Below, piece by piece: positions 10,952-24,370 of a DNA stretch of 64,000 nt. This DNA comes from Neovahlkampfia damariscottae (taxonomy: Eukaryota). The DNA is taken from positions 1 through 64,000 of the forward strand of contig JABLTG010000016.1 in the NCBI GenBank assembly GCA_016618085.1. Reading direction: 5' to 3'. The position numbers and the translations under genes were made by a program. The first letter of the stretch is position 1, and the number at the start of each line of letters is the position of its first letter. The notes below the pieces were generated by a model, which made no database searches, was not told where the DNA came from, and worked only from the letters and a program-made list of their open reading frames with translations.

Positions 10952-13106
10952 ATGTCGATAAAAAAAGAGGTTGCCATTGAATTTGATAAGAAAGAAAAAG
11001 TTTTGAATAAACTAAAAAAGATATTTGATGTGAATGATATACTTATTGAAAGTTTCAGTTATGGATGGGATTCATCAGTATTATATATTGGTTACAACTA
11101 TCTTTGTCTTTATTTCAAATCTAAATTATTTGATAAAGTATTATAAAATTAGTATTTTTAAAAAAAAAAAAAGAAAAAAAGTATTGAATATGGAGATATA
11201 CAAGATGTTTTATATTTAGAAAAAGAAAAAATGATAATTTTAAAATTAATAAATGTCAAGGATGTAATAAAATTAAATAAATTAGGAAATAAAAGTGAAT
11301 CAATATTTTATATTATTAGAAAGTTATTTGAATTACAAAATCCAACCTATGCAGAATTATCAACCTATGTACCACGTGAAATACAAAGAGAAAGTACAAC
11401 TGATGAAATATTTAATGTTGCTTTAAAATATAAAAATCAATATTTTATAAAAGATATTCATATAAATAATATATTATTAAGTATTAATGATGTTGGTAAA
11501 AATAAAATTGAAAAATCATTTCCTTTAAATCATATTACATCTATTACTATTTGTAGTAGACCACAACATTTAATTTTAAGGTTTGTAATATTATTAATTA
11601 AATAATAAAAAAAGAGAAAAGAATTTTGAAGTTGAAATGTTTATTTTAAATTATTCAAATTTTATTGAAAAATTAAAGAATTCAATTAAAAATATAACTA
11701 TATTTTATCAAAATTTAGCATCTTTTTGGTCATTCTCAATGATTAATGAAGAACATAAAAGTGAAAGATATAAAGAAAGAAGTCAAACAAAAATATATAG
11801 TCCAGGTGTTGTTATTTTATCCAATCAAAATCAAAATTATTTTGTTTCGGATTTAAATGATGATGAAAATAAAAAATTAGAAGATTCTAAAAATTTATAT
11901 CATCAAAATTTAAAAAGACCAAAAAGAGTTAAAGTTAATAAAGGAGTATTAAAACCAACAAATAAAAATGAATTACCACCTTTACCAAAATATATTGTTG
12001 GTAAAGTTGAATCAGAAAAGAAAAAAAAAAAAAAAGAAAATTCAATATTTTTAAAAGTTGAAAATGTACCTTTAAATATAAAATTAAATGATGTTGAATC
12101 TTTATTTTCAAGTTATGCTAAAATTGAAAAAATAATTGATCATGTTGAAAATGAATTAATTTATACAATTTATTTAAAATTAAAATATGAATCAGAAGGA
12201 AAAAAATTAATTAAAGAATTAAATAATTATAATTTTAATTCAGAAAATAAACAATCAAAAATTAAAATTCAAATTTATTCAGAAAAGATTGATGAAAATT
12301 TAATTTTTAAAAAATATTTAACTCCATGGGAATTTAAAGTTAATTTAAATGATATTTATATGGATGAAAATAAAAATAAGGGTTTTATTCGTTTTATTGG
12401 TTTATTAGCTCAATCAAAAAGACAATATTGGTATGAATATAATTTTAAAATTAAAAATATATAAAATTAAGGGTTGGTTTAGAATGGGAAATAAAAGGAA
12501 GAGGTAAACATGATGGTATTGCTTTTAATGAAAGAAAATTTAAATCACCTCCAAATTCAGCAGGTATACAATACTTTATATTTCTTATTATTTAAAAAAG
12601 TATTTGTTCAATTAGATGCATTATCAAAGAAATGGAAAAAATGTGAATCATCATCAAATATAATTCAATCAAATAATAATTTAGATATTACAATAACTAA
12701 TACATCATCCAATTCTTTATCAAAAGAAATTAAAAAAAATGATATTTTAGAAGATGTTGTTGTAGTTGTAAAACAAAATGATCAATTAGAAAATGTAAAA
12801 CCAATGGAAAAGAAATCATCTTTTTCAAATTTATTCAAAAAAAGTCCAAGAAAAGAACCTTTAAAAAAGATTGAAACATCATCACTCAATAAACAAACTA
12901 ACAAATCAATTCAACCAAGTAAACCAACAACAAATGTCAATACACAAATAAATAATGCACAAAGTGAGGATAGTTCAACTATTGCTTTATCTGATGTTGA
13001 ATTTCGTGAATCAAATATTGTGGATCATGTTAATTTATCAAGACCAAAAAGAAAGAAAAGAAATAAGAATATTGTTACAAAATCAGATTTACCAAATTTT
13101 GATTAA
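10952..13106 (+). CDS. Multidomain protein: GRAM, PH-like, RRM-like, CAP-Gly and a C-terminal CPI-like motif
   Basis: Spliced reading gives GFIRFIG...YWVGLEWEIKGRGKHDG...SAVFV (CAP-Gly; introns 12431-12471 and 12564-12600); LKVENVPLNI..LFSSYAKI (RRM-like); LIESFS..LYIGYNYLC (GRAM-like); VDHVNLSRPK. Confidence 0.7.
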
Positions 13107-13207
13107 ATAAAATTTTAATTGGTCTGCAAAATCAAATTTGATTGGTTTATCCTACTCAATACATCATAATACACACCTTTGTTTTTAATAATTCAATAAC
13201 CAATTTA

Positions 13208-14986
13208 ATGATATTAGATGAACCTATAGAAATCAAATGGATAGAAAAAGAATGGAAGAATATAAAAAGTTGTAATGTGGGTTTACTTAGTATGGAAGAA
13301 AATAATAATGAATATCGAATAATAATACATAGTCAACAAAAATATTATAAAATATCTGAATCAAATAAAAAAGAAGAAATAGAAAATGATTGGAAAATAT
13401 TAAAAAGTAATGAAGAAGGAAAACAGTCAACTTGTGAGATTGTATTAAAAGCAATTACAATAATGTTACATTATAATCCATATTTAAAAGAAAAAGAAAT
13501 AAAAGAAGAAGATTTTAAAGATAAAACATATTTTCAATTAAAAGAAACTAATTTAAATTTTGTAAAAGAATATTCACCCAAAGTATTTTTAAGAATAAGA
13601 GAATTAAATAATATAAATCAACAATCATTTATTAAATCATTATGTCAAAAAGATAGTTTAATATCACTTGGTAATCATTTAGGTAAATCAGGTTCATTTT
13701 TATATATTACACTTGATTCAAAATATATTTTAAAAACTATACAAAAACAAGAAAAAGATATTATTTTAAGTTTTTTAAAACCATATTATTATTATTTAGA
13801 AAAGAATGAAAATACATTTATTGTAAAAATATTAAGTTTATTTAGAATTGTTAATGAGAATTTACAAGATGTACATGTAATTATTATGGAAGTAAATATT
13901 TAATTATAATATTAATTTTAGAATGTATTTCCATCAAAATCAAATCCACATGAATTATATGATTTAAAAGGATCAACAATTGGTAGAAGTTATAAATTAA
14001 AAGAGAATAATGAAAATGTAATATATAAAGATTTAGATTTAAAAAGAAAAATTAAAATTAAATCACCAAATAATAAAAAAGTGATACATCAATTAATGTC
14101 TGATTCTGTATTTTTAGAAGAAATGGAAATTATTGATTATTCTTTAATTTTAGGTATTTATTATGAAATTAAAAAAGAAGAAGAAAATTTGGAAAAGAAT
14201 ATTTCTTTTCATTCATTTAAATATATTATTGAAAAAGGTTTTGAAAATAATTATATACCTTCATTTTCAACTATTTTAAATTTATCCAATGAAAATGATG
14301 AATTAGTATCTCAATTTATACAAATTAATCAAATGGAAATTATTGAAATTTTGAAAAATAAATCAAATACAAAAGAAAATATTTTGAATTTATATAAATT
14401 AAAAATGTTGAACGAAAAAAAAAAATTACAAAAAGAAAAAAGATATCCAATTAGAAAAGATTCAACGATTTCAAAGGGAGTTGTTACATCTTCAAATACA
14501 AATGAAATATCTTCTTTGTCAAAAGGATTGGTCAAATTAAATATTGAAAAATCATTTTTAGATAATTTATTAAAAAAGAAAGAAGAAAAAAAAGAAATAA
14601 GAAGAACATATTTTGTAGATAAAGAGTTATTATTAGAAGAAATTGGACAAAAAGAAGATAAAAATTTACTTCAAAATATAAAATTATTTAAGAAAAGAGA
14701 TTTGAATCAAATTATTAAATTTGATTTTAATGATGAATTACCAAGAATACCATTTACAAGTTGGAAAAAAACTAAAAATAAAAATGGATATGATGGCATT
14801 GGATTTTCAAAATTAAAAGAAACATTTCATTTTGGTATTATTGATATTACACAGAGATATACAATAAAAAAGAAGACCGGATTATTCTTATCTGGATTTG
14901 TTTATGATAAAAATGAATTATCTTCAATTGATTCAAAGAAATATGGTGAAAGATTTAGATCATTTTTGCAATCCATTTTAGAATAA
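13208..14986 (+). CDS. Phosphatidylinositol phosphate kinase (PIP5K/PIP4K family)
   Basis: KEYSPKVF, GKSGSFLY, ILKTI, YDLKGSTIGR (exon after intron ~13892-13921), DYSLILG, FGIIDITQRY. Confidence 0.9.
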
Positions 14987-14993
14987 ATTTAAT

Positions 14994-17497
14994 TTATTCT
15001 TCTTCAATTTTTGATTTGTGTAATTCTTCAACATCATTTTGTTTTAATAATATTTTACCAATTTGATTCTCAATATTATAAGGTTGCGACATTTCTCTTA
15101 AAAATTTTTGACTAATAGATAAAACTGCATCTGTTGATAAATTAATATGTGAATCAGATATTTCTTTTTGAATCCAATTTGGTAACCTTTTTCTTTTATC
15201 ATTTTGATTATATCTTTTATCAGCTAATATCATAATTCCATAATCTTAAATGTAAATAATCTCATAAATTACCTTGTTTATTTCTAATAACTCTCCCAAT
15301 ACATTGTGCGCACTGTCTCAATGCATCAAATGCTAAAAAATCATCACTCTTTATTTTATATTTCTTTTCCATGTATTCTAATCTTGATACAATTAATCTT
15401 GATTTACTATTCACATATGGAATCTAATTATTTAAAAAATGAAATAAAATAATACACCAAACATAATAACACATCTACCATAATGACCATCAAAATCAAT
15501 TCCTTCTGATACTTTTCCCCTTGCAATAGAGAAGAATATAGCACCTCTACCACTATCACATGCTTTACGATATCCTTGTAATGAAATAGATGTTTCTAAT
15601 GTTGAAGGTGTTTCAACAAATATTAATTTGTTTTGAATCATTTTATTTAATAATCTCATTTCATCCCACATTGTAATCATATCTTCCATGAATTGATAAG
15701 ATGTAAAGAAACAAACAATTCCATCTGGTATAATTTGTGACATTTCAACCAATAATGATCCATAATTTCTTACAATTGAAGGATCTGTTCTCATTGTAAA
15801 TTTAGTTGAAACTGATATTTGATCAGATCCTCTTGACATTACTAAAGGACAAACAGATTTTCTTGTCAACTATATTTTTTTTAATTTTATTTAAAATATT
15901 TACAGTCATTGATAAACTTTTTGTAATTAAAGGTTTAAAATTTAATAATTTTGGATACATATCCAATGGTGAAAGTGTACCTGATGTAATAATAACTGTA
16001 TCAAACTTTTCAAAAATTGGTTGAATTGCAATAGAAGCATCTAAACATGAGAATTGTAAAATTGGATCCTATAAAATATTAATAATATTTTAATAAAAAA
16101 TACAGGATTGGTAGGTGTTCTGTCATCATATGGTTCAATAATAATCATAAATCCTTCTTTATAAGTTGAAACTAAAGTAGCAAAATCACAAATAATTCTG
16201 ATTGGTAAGAAATCATAAATATTATCAATTTTTAAAGTATTAATTAAAGATAAAAATCTTTCTGAAAAGAATCTTAATGGTTTTCCTTCAATTTGAGTTA
16301 AATTTTCTAAATGTTTTAAAAAGACAGAAGGTGATTCTGATATAACTTTTGAAACTTCTGATAATCTATGTTTAATAAATTCTGTAAATCTTCTTAAAAA
16401 ACCTAAAAAATGATCCATTTTTCTAATATTTCCAGGTATTGCTTCATTTAATAAATCAGATGTTATTACTGGACTTGAATCAATTTCTTTTTCAAATCCT
16501 TCAACTAATTTATTATATTCATTTTTTAATCTATCTGTGTCTTTCTTTTTTGATTCTCTTATCTTTTCTTGTAATGATTTAATATTTGAAATACTTTTTT
16601 GAATTAAATTTTGATTTATATTAACACTTAATGAATCAATACAAACACCATCAATATTATGTGCTTCATCAAAACAAATAATTGTATCTCTATCTGACAT
16701 ATTTAAACTTATAATAGATGATATTTTTGGATCTAATAAATAACTATAACTATAAACTATTATATTTGAATACTATTATATTATTTTAATTGGTTAATAT
16801 TTAATATACTTCAAATGCTTTTCTTGCTAAAAAATATGGACATACTTTTTTATTAATTCCAAATTCTTTTAAATCTTCTAATGTATAAATACCATTTGGT
16901 AAATTTAATTCAAATGATTTTTCATAATATTCACAAATTTGATTTTTATCACTTATCCATTTAGCTGTTAAACTATGACATTTAGAATCAACATTAGATC
17001 CATTTCTTGGTTGTAAATCATTCATTACAGAGTTTATACATAAGTTTTCTTTGTAAAAATATATTAATATAATATTCTTTTTTACTTCTTGAACTTAATC
17101 CAATTCCTAATAATTCATTATTTTCTTTACCATATTCTTTAATTCTCATTTCATATAATTTTTGTAATTCTAATAATACCTTTTCCATTTCAGGTACAGT
17201 ACGAGTACAATACAATAGTTTACTTTTTTTTTCTCCTTGTGCATATTGATATGATGTAATTAATGATAATAATGTAATCGTTTTTCCAGTACCAGATGAC
17301 ATTTCTAAAACACAATGTCCTTTTCCTTTTATTGATTTATATAAATGTTCCATATATTCCAACTTGAAAAATTAAAAATTATGATTTTTATTCACTTGTT
17401 CTGGATATATGTGTTCATATGGAAAATAAACTTCGAGGTCATCAATTTTGAATCTAATTGAATTGAGTTAGTAACACCTTTTTTTTTCTAACTTCAT
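14994..17497 (-). CDS. ERCC2: TFIIH helicase XPD/Rad3
   Basis: Spliced N-terminus [27 protein letters not shown], Fe-S cysteines (NLC, KCH, ICEY, VCPYF), [27 protein letters not shown]; eight short introns resolved. Confidence 0.95.
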
Positions 17498-17679
17498 TGT
17501 CCAATCAAATTTTAATTTCTTGAGATTAGATTTAAAAACACAATTTTTGGTGAAACAAATGAAAAAATTAAAAAAAATATTCATTTTCAAATTGAACAAC
17601 AATTCACCAATCGAAAAAATCTTTATTAGAAAACTTCCGCCAATCATATTTCGTCACTCTAAGTTAGAAGAAAAGTACA
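17498..17679. promoter_or_regulatory. Bidirectional promoter XPD/eIF4A with CCAAT boxes
   Basis: 182 nt between divergent ATGs; CCAAT at 17501, ~17607 and 17640. Confidence 0.6.
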
Positions 17680-18991
17680 ATGAGTGATAAAAAAGAATTT
17701 GAAATTAAAGAAGTTAAAGATTTTGATGATATGAATCTTAAAGAAGAACTCTTAAGAGGAATCTATGGGTAAGCAAAAAGGAAAACCTAAAAAATATATA
17801 GATACGGGTTTGACAAAGAATTTATTTTAAAATTCAACTTTTAGTTTTGAAAAACCATCAAAAATTCAACAAAAAGCTATTGTTCCAATTACAACATCAT
17901 CAAGAGATATCATTGCACAAGCTCAATCAGGTACTGGAAAAACAGGTAAGAAAATAATAGTAGATATAGTTTTAACTTTATTTTACAGGTACTTTCACTA
18001 TTTCTATGCTTCAAACTTTAAATTTTGATGAAAAAAAATTACAAGGACTTATTTTAGCACCTACTCGTGAATTAGCACAACAAATTTTCAAAGTAGTACT
18101 TGCTTTAGGAGAATATTTAAATGTAAAAGCTTATGCTTGTGTTGGAGGAACAAATGTAAAAGATGATATTTTAACTTTAAAAGATGGTGTACATGTTGTT
18201 GTTGGTACACCAGGAAGAGTTCATCATATGATTAGTGAAGGATTTATGGATGTTAGGTAAAAAAAAATAAGAAAATTAAAATATATAGTTCATTAAAAAT
18301 GTTAGCTATTGATGAAGCTGATGAAATGTTATCAAGAGGTTTCAAAGATCAAGTTTATGAAATCTTTCAATTTTTACCTGAAACAATGCAAGTATGTTTA
18401 TTTAGTGCAACAATGCCACCTGATGTATTAGAATTAACACAAAAATTTATGAATGACCCAATTCAAATTTTAGTTAAAAAAGAAGCTTTAACTTTAGAAG
18501 GTATTAGACAATTTTATGTTTGTTGTGGAGACAGAGATGACCAAAAATTTGAAGTACTTTGTGACATTTATAAAACCTTAACCATTACACAATGTGTTAT
18601 TTTTGTTAACTCAAAAAAAAGAGTTGATATTTTAGCATCTCAATTGAATAAAAAGAATTTTACAGTTTCATCAATGCATGGTGATATGGATCAAGATCAA
18701 AGAGAAGCTATTATGAAAGATTTTAGAAATGGAAAAAGTAGAATTCTTATTTCAACAGATTTATTAGCTCGTGGTATTGATGTTCATCACGTATCATTAG
18801 TTATTAATTATGATTTACCAAAAGTTATTGAAAATTATATTCATAGAATTGGAAGATCAGGAAGATATGGAAGAAAAGGAGTTGCTATTAATTTTGTAAC
18901 TGAATATGATTTAAGAGACTTAAAAGAATTAGAAAAATTCTATAGTACTAATATTGAAGTAATGCCTGAAAATTTAACAGATCTTATTTAA
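17680..18991 (+). CDS. EIF4A: Translation initiation factor eIF4A (DEAD-box helicase)
   Basis: LLRGIYGYGFEKPS Q motif, [34 protein letters not shown]; introns 17769-17801, 17808-17844, 17946-17988, 18257-18288. Confidence 0.95.
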
Positions 18992-19076
18992 AAAAAATAA
19001 AATAAAATTTATTGTTTTAGGTTTAATTTTATTCTTTCTTCAATTTTTTTTTGATTGGTCCAATTCTCTTTCTAAG

Positions 19077-20413
19077 ATGCAAAAAAATTTTGTTAGTCAA
19101 ATTTTAAAAGATAATTTCAAACGATTTAAATCAATTAGTTATGACCAAAAATTAATTCAATCAAATAAGAATATTCATCGTTTAGTTACTTTAGGAAGAT
19201 TAAAAGACGCTTTAATAGAATTTAAAAAATTACAAACTCAAAATATAAAACCTGATTTATATACTTATACTGAACTATTGAATGGTTATGCAGAAAAAGG
19301 AAAATTGAAAGAAAGTTTTGATATTATTGAAACTATGAAACAAAACGATATTAAACCTAATGTTTTTACTTATACAACTTTAATAAAAGGTCTTTGTAAA
19401 AGTCATAATTCAAATAAAGTACCTCAAATATTAAAGAAAATGAGAGAAGAAAATATTGAACCAAATACAGTTACATAGTAAAAATATATATATATCATTT
19501 AATAATATTAGTAATACATATATAAAAGGTATTGGTGCAGAAGGAAAACATGATGATATTTTTAAAATAGTAAATAGATTTATTAGAATATATACTAATA
19601 TATATTATAGCTTGATGAAATGGTTGAAGAAGGATTAAAACCTGGTATATTTAATTATTTTTTTAATTTCATTATTTAGATATATTTACATTTAATGTTG
19701 TATTATTTGCATTTGGTAATACTGGTGATATTGCAATTACAAGTTATGTTATGAAATATATGGAAAAGTTTGATCTTAAAATTGATAGAACTTCATATAA
19801 TATTTTATTAGCTTCAAGTGTTAAGAATTCAAAAATGGATTATACAGAACATTTTTTAAATGATATGAGAGTAAAAGATATTCAACCTGATGTTTATACT
19901 TATTCAATTTTAATTGATGGTTTTTCAAAACGTGGTGAACCAGAAATTGCAAAGAAATATTTTGATCAAATGAAAGAGAATAATATTCAACCAAATTTAG
20001 TAACATATAATTCTCTTTTATCAAGTTTTTCAAAACATGGTGCATTAGAATATTGTTTAGAGATATTTTCAGATTTAGAAAAGAATTTTAAACCAGATTA
20101 TTTTAGTGTAAGAAAATAATATTATTTTTAAATTTAAAAGATAAATAATCTTTTAACTTGTGCAAAAAGATCAGATTCATTAGAATCATTTCAAGAAATT
20201 GTTGATTCTTTAAAAAAATCAAAATTTAAATTTAATGATATCAATTATTGCACAATGTTAAATGGATATTTTCATTTTGATAGAATTGATTTAGCAGAAG
20301 AATTAATTACTGAAATTAAAGAAAATAATGGAATGAATGATTATATTCTTACTTATTTCTTAGAAAGTTTATCTGCAAGTGGTAATTTTGAAAAATTAAA
20401 AGAATATAAATAA
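19077..20413 (+). CDS. Pentatricopeptide repeat (PPR) protein, probably mitochondrial
   Basis: Repeated 35-aa motifs such as PDLYTYTELLNGYA, PNVFTYTTLIKGLCK, PDVYTYSILIDGFSK; basic N-terminus; several short introns. Confidence 0.9.
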
Positions 20414-20416
20414 ATT

Positions 20417-22113
20417 TTATTGATTTTCAAAAAATTCATCATAATTTTCTGTTGATTTTGAATTTAATTTTGAATTTAATTCATCTACAACATTTGATGT
20501 CATTTGATCTTGAACAATATCATCTGTAATTGGTGGTGGTAATGTTCTTTTAACTGGTAAATCATTTGATGGAAGATCATATTGAATATCATTTGTTGAA
20601 TAATTGTATTGTTCTTGTACATTATCCATAGTTGGATAATTATATTGTTCTTGTTGATTTGATTGATTTTGTTGAATTTGAAATCCAAGAGGAATATCTT
20701 GAACATTTGAATTAGATTCAAAAGAAGGATAAAGATTTTCACCAATATTTTGTTCTTGTCCTTGTAAATATGGATTAGAATTCATTACTTCATTCTTTTG
20801 ATTCATTTCTTGTTGTTGATTATTTTCTTGTTGATAATCATCTGGATTAAAATCAGGTGTTACTATTTCAACTTGTTGATATTCTGTTTCTTTTCCTGGT
20901 AATAAATTTGGATCAATTTCTTCTTCTTCTTTTGATGGTCTTTTAACAATATAAATTGGAATTAAAAATCTTTGTTCACTTCCAAATAATCCTGAAGGTT
21001 CTGCATAAAATACTAACTAATAGAAAATGAAAAATAAATAAATAATACTGCATGTGAAAAACGAAGTAATCTTCCTGTCTTTTTTTTGTTTGCTAATTCA
21101 CCAGGTTGATAAGTTTCTGGTGTGGTTGTTGGAATGAATATTTGATGTGCTGGATATTTATTTTCATTTCCATTGAGACCTCCAACAACCATTGTTCCTA
21201 AAGTTTCTGTTTTTTCTGAAAGAAGACTACCTGCAATTAAATATTCAGTTTTTTGAATTAAAGATAATGATATTTTTTGAAATACTTTACTTGTAGAATT
21301 GTTTAGTCCAAGTTTTATTTTAATTGGATCACCAGGTAAATAGACACGTGATTCTAATTTTACTGAAACATCAAATGAACCTTTTGTTAACATATATGAT
21401 TTTGATTCTTTTGTTTCAAATGGATTTCTAATTTAAAACCTAAATATATTTTTTGATTCACTTACGAATTATTTCCAAGAAAATTCAAATCAAACATTGA
21501 ACCACCAATATTAACTACAGCAGCAGAAGTAAGATTTGGAATTTTAGTGTTTCCATTATCAACAACTACTTCTGCCACATATTTAATCTTTGCTTCTGGA
21601 CTTTCAAATGATGCAGGTAAACGTCTATTATATTGAATTAATTATCATTTTTTATATTACTGTGGTAATGAAATAGAAAATGGATAACGATGAGTTCCTT
21701 GACCAACATGTTCCACAACTGTCTTTTTTCTTCCAAGCCTAATTATTAATAATATTAAACGAACCAATCTTTTCCATGGTCTTTACTTCCAGGTCCTAAA
21801 ATGAGTATGAATAATCCACTTTAAATATTATTACCTTGTAATAAAATAGTTTGATCATAAAACATATGAATATGTGTTTTTCCTTTCACAATTAATATCT
21901 CTGAACCTGTAAATCTATTTTTTTTTTTTTTTTTTTTTAATATTTATTTTCTTCTTTACCTTAATTTGACTTCTTGGATTTCTGTGGTAGCTGCTAATTT
22001 TAATTGTGCATATCCTTTAACTTCTTCACCAACATAAAATGGTTTGTTTGAATAAAATAGACCTGACAGAATTATTAATAAATCTTTGTCATACCCAACT
22101 CGTTTTTCAACAT
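20417..22113 (-). CDS. Alpha-arrestin-like protein with a Q/N-rich C-terminal tail
   Basis: FYVGEEVKG, HRYPFSISLP..LPASFE, VYLPGDPI; many short introns; start MLKNELG inferred by splicing. Confidence 0.75.
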
Positions 22114-22214
22114 TTTTAAACTTGATGTAACTGACCAATAAAAAATTAAACTATAAATAGATTCCAAAAGTTGGAAAGACGTTGAGAATTGTTATCCAAT
22201 AAAAAAAAGTTTAA

Positions 22215-22993
22215 TCACATTTTTTTTGAAGGTTTTGCTCTTTCAACTGATAAAATTAAATAGTTCATTCCCATTCCATCATATTTTTCAATAGCTTCAT
22301 CTGCAGATTCTTGATCTCTATAAGTAATAAATGCGAAACCTTTTCCACGTCCTTTTAAAATATAAATATAAATAAATGATAAATACCTGTATCATGATCA
22401 TAAGCAACAAAACATCTTGACATATAACCACATTCACCAAACAAGTCTCTCAATTCTTGTTCTGAAACATCTTCTGATAAGTTTGATACTCTAATTGTAT
22501 TCATTTCTTCTATAATAATAATTTTAATAATAATATGAATAATTATTTACGTTGTTCTCTATATCTATCACGTTCTTCACCTTTTCTCATTGAAGGTGGT
22601 ACATATTTTGTAGTAGTTTCTTCTTTAGATGGTTTTTGTTCAATTAAAGTTAACAATTGTGTTTTTATATCTTGTATTTTTCTTTCTTGTTCTTTAACTT
22701 CTTTATTTTGTTTTTTATTTTCTTTCTCTCCAAGTAACTCTAAAAATACTTCTTCACCAATTTCTGTACCAATACTAGCTCCATCTTCAACTTTACCTGT
22801 CACAGCAAAACCAAATGGTTTCCATTTCTTTTTTTTGATATTAATTTTTTTTATTTTTTCAAACTTCTCTTTCCAAAACTTTTTTACTTATTTTTTCTTT
22901 TTCTTTTGTGACTTTGATTTTTCTTGTCACTTTGAACTTTCTTCCTTGTTCTTCAATGAATTCTTCAACAACTTTGGTTTCTGTGTTTGTCAT
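22215..22993 (-). CDS. EIF3G: Translation initiation factor eIF3 subunit G
   Basis: GRKFKVTRKIK, KWKPFG, KYVPPSMR and C-terminal RRM (TIRVSNLSED, KGFAFITY, LILSVERAKP); three introns. Confidence 0.88.
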
Positions 22994-23103
22994 GATTCAC
23001 TTTCGATTTGCAGCTCAAAATGATTGGACAATTGTTAACCAAATTTGAAGAAACATTTTTTGAATAAAGTTTGTATTTTAATGAATAAAAAAAGTTTTTA
23101 ATT

Positions 23104-24162
23104 TTAAGAAGATGTATTTTCTGCAGATTGGATGAAATATTTTTTTATAATTTCATCAATGAGCCATTTTAAAGAAAATCTCAAATGATCATCTTCAATG
23201 TCAATAAACACTAACTTTCCTTCTTTATCCATTTTTCTTAAACCAAGCCAATCTTCTTTATATAATCTTTAAATAGAAAGTAAAATATTTTGTGTAAAAT
23301 TCAAACCTTGTATCTCTTAAAGGTTCAACTTCTTGAGATTGTCCATCTTTATAAAATCCAAATTGTTGAGATATTGGTGGTTCAACCATTGTATCCTTTG
23401 TAAATCTGACCATAACAAATTTTTTTAGTTTCATTAAATTTTTTTTGTAATTTTCATTTCTTCTTCCTTCAATTTCATTATTGAGTTCCGGTAAAAAGAT
23501 ATTATTTGATAAGTATCTTTCTCTTTGATTTGGGTCATGCCAGTATTGAGCTTGAACAAGTCTATTTTGGACAATGGATAAATAAGCTCCAGTATTCAAT
23601 AATCTTCTGGCTAAATCACAAAAATATGAATTTCCTTGTAAAAGATGTCAAATTAAATTCAATTTACCACCAGGACATTTTGGGAATCCATAAACACCTT
23701 GGTGTTGACCTTTATGAAGTAGTTTTAAAAAGACTTTGTCAAAATTTACCTCCAATTGAGATCAATACATTTACAGGTGGATCATTACATTTTTGAGTAT
23801 ATGCTCTCAAAAATTGTGAACCTTGTGAAATACCAATAGCATTGAACCCATTTTTAAGTTGAGGAATTGTTTTTAATTTTCTACAAACATATTCTAATTT
23901 TTCGCTGACTTTGTAGAAAAAACCTGCAACTTGATCTGCTGTTTCGGATTCTCCTATTCTAATTGAATAAACAAACTGACAATCATTCAATATATATTTG
24001 TTTTACTTGTTTTGTTTCTTCTTTTATTGCATCTTGTATTCTTTTCATTCCAAAAGAATTTGCACTATCACCCATACCATGCCACAAAACAGTTGGTAAT
24101 GTCTCTGAGAAAACAATACCAATACATAAGAACAAACAGGCTACTGTCAAGAATTTTTTCAT
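23104..24162 (-). CDS. PPT1: Palmitoyl-protein thioesterase 1 (lysosomal)
   Basis: Signal peptide, [13 protein letters not shown] nucleophile motif, [23 protein letters not shown]. Confidence 0.92.
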
Positions 24163-24370
24163 TTTTTTTGACCAATGAAATTCTTTTTTGTTTAATTTTT
24201 TTTAATTGTTCGAGCTTTGAACTAATCTGGCCACAATAGAAATAAAATGAAAAAATCTTGATAAACAAAAACTTCTAAATAAAATAAAAAAGTAACCAAA
24301 GATACAACGAAAAATTTTGACCAATCAACAACTTTCCCACGTAATCAATAAGACAAGTTGCAACTGTAAA

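Noticed and set aside
17769..17844. Single 76-nt intron hosting a snoRNA in eIF4A
   Set aside because: Better explained as two introns plus a 6-nt exon that restores the Q motif; no C/D or H/ACA boxes
22535..23023. 162-aa F-rich plus-strand ORF
   Set aside because: Antisense shadow of the K/E-rich eIF3g gene
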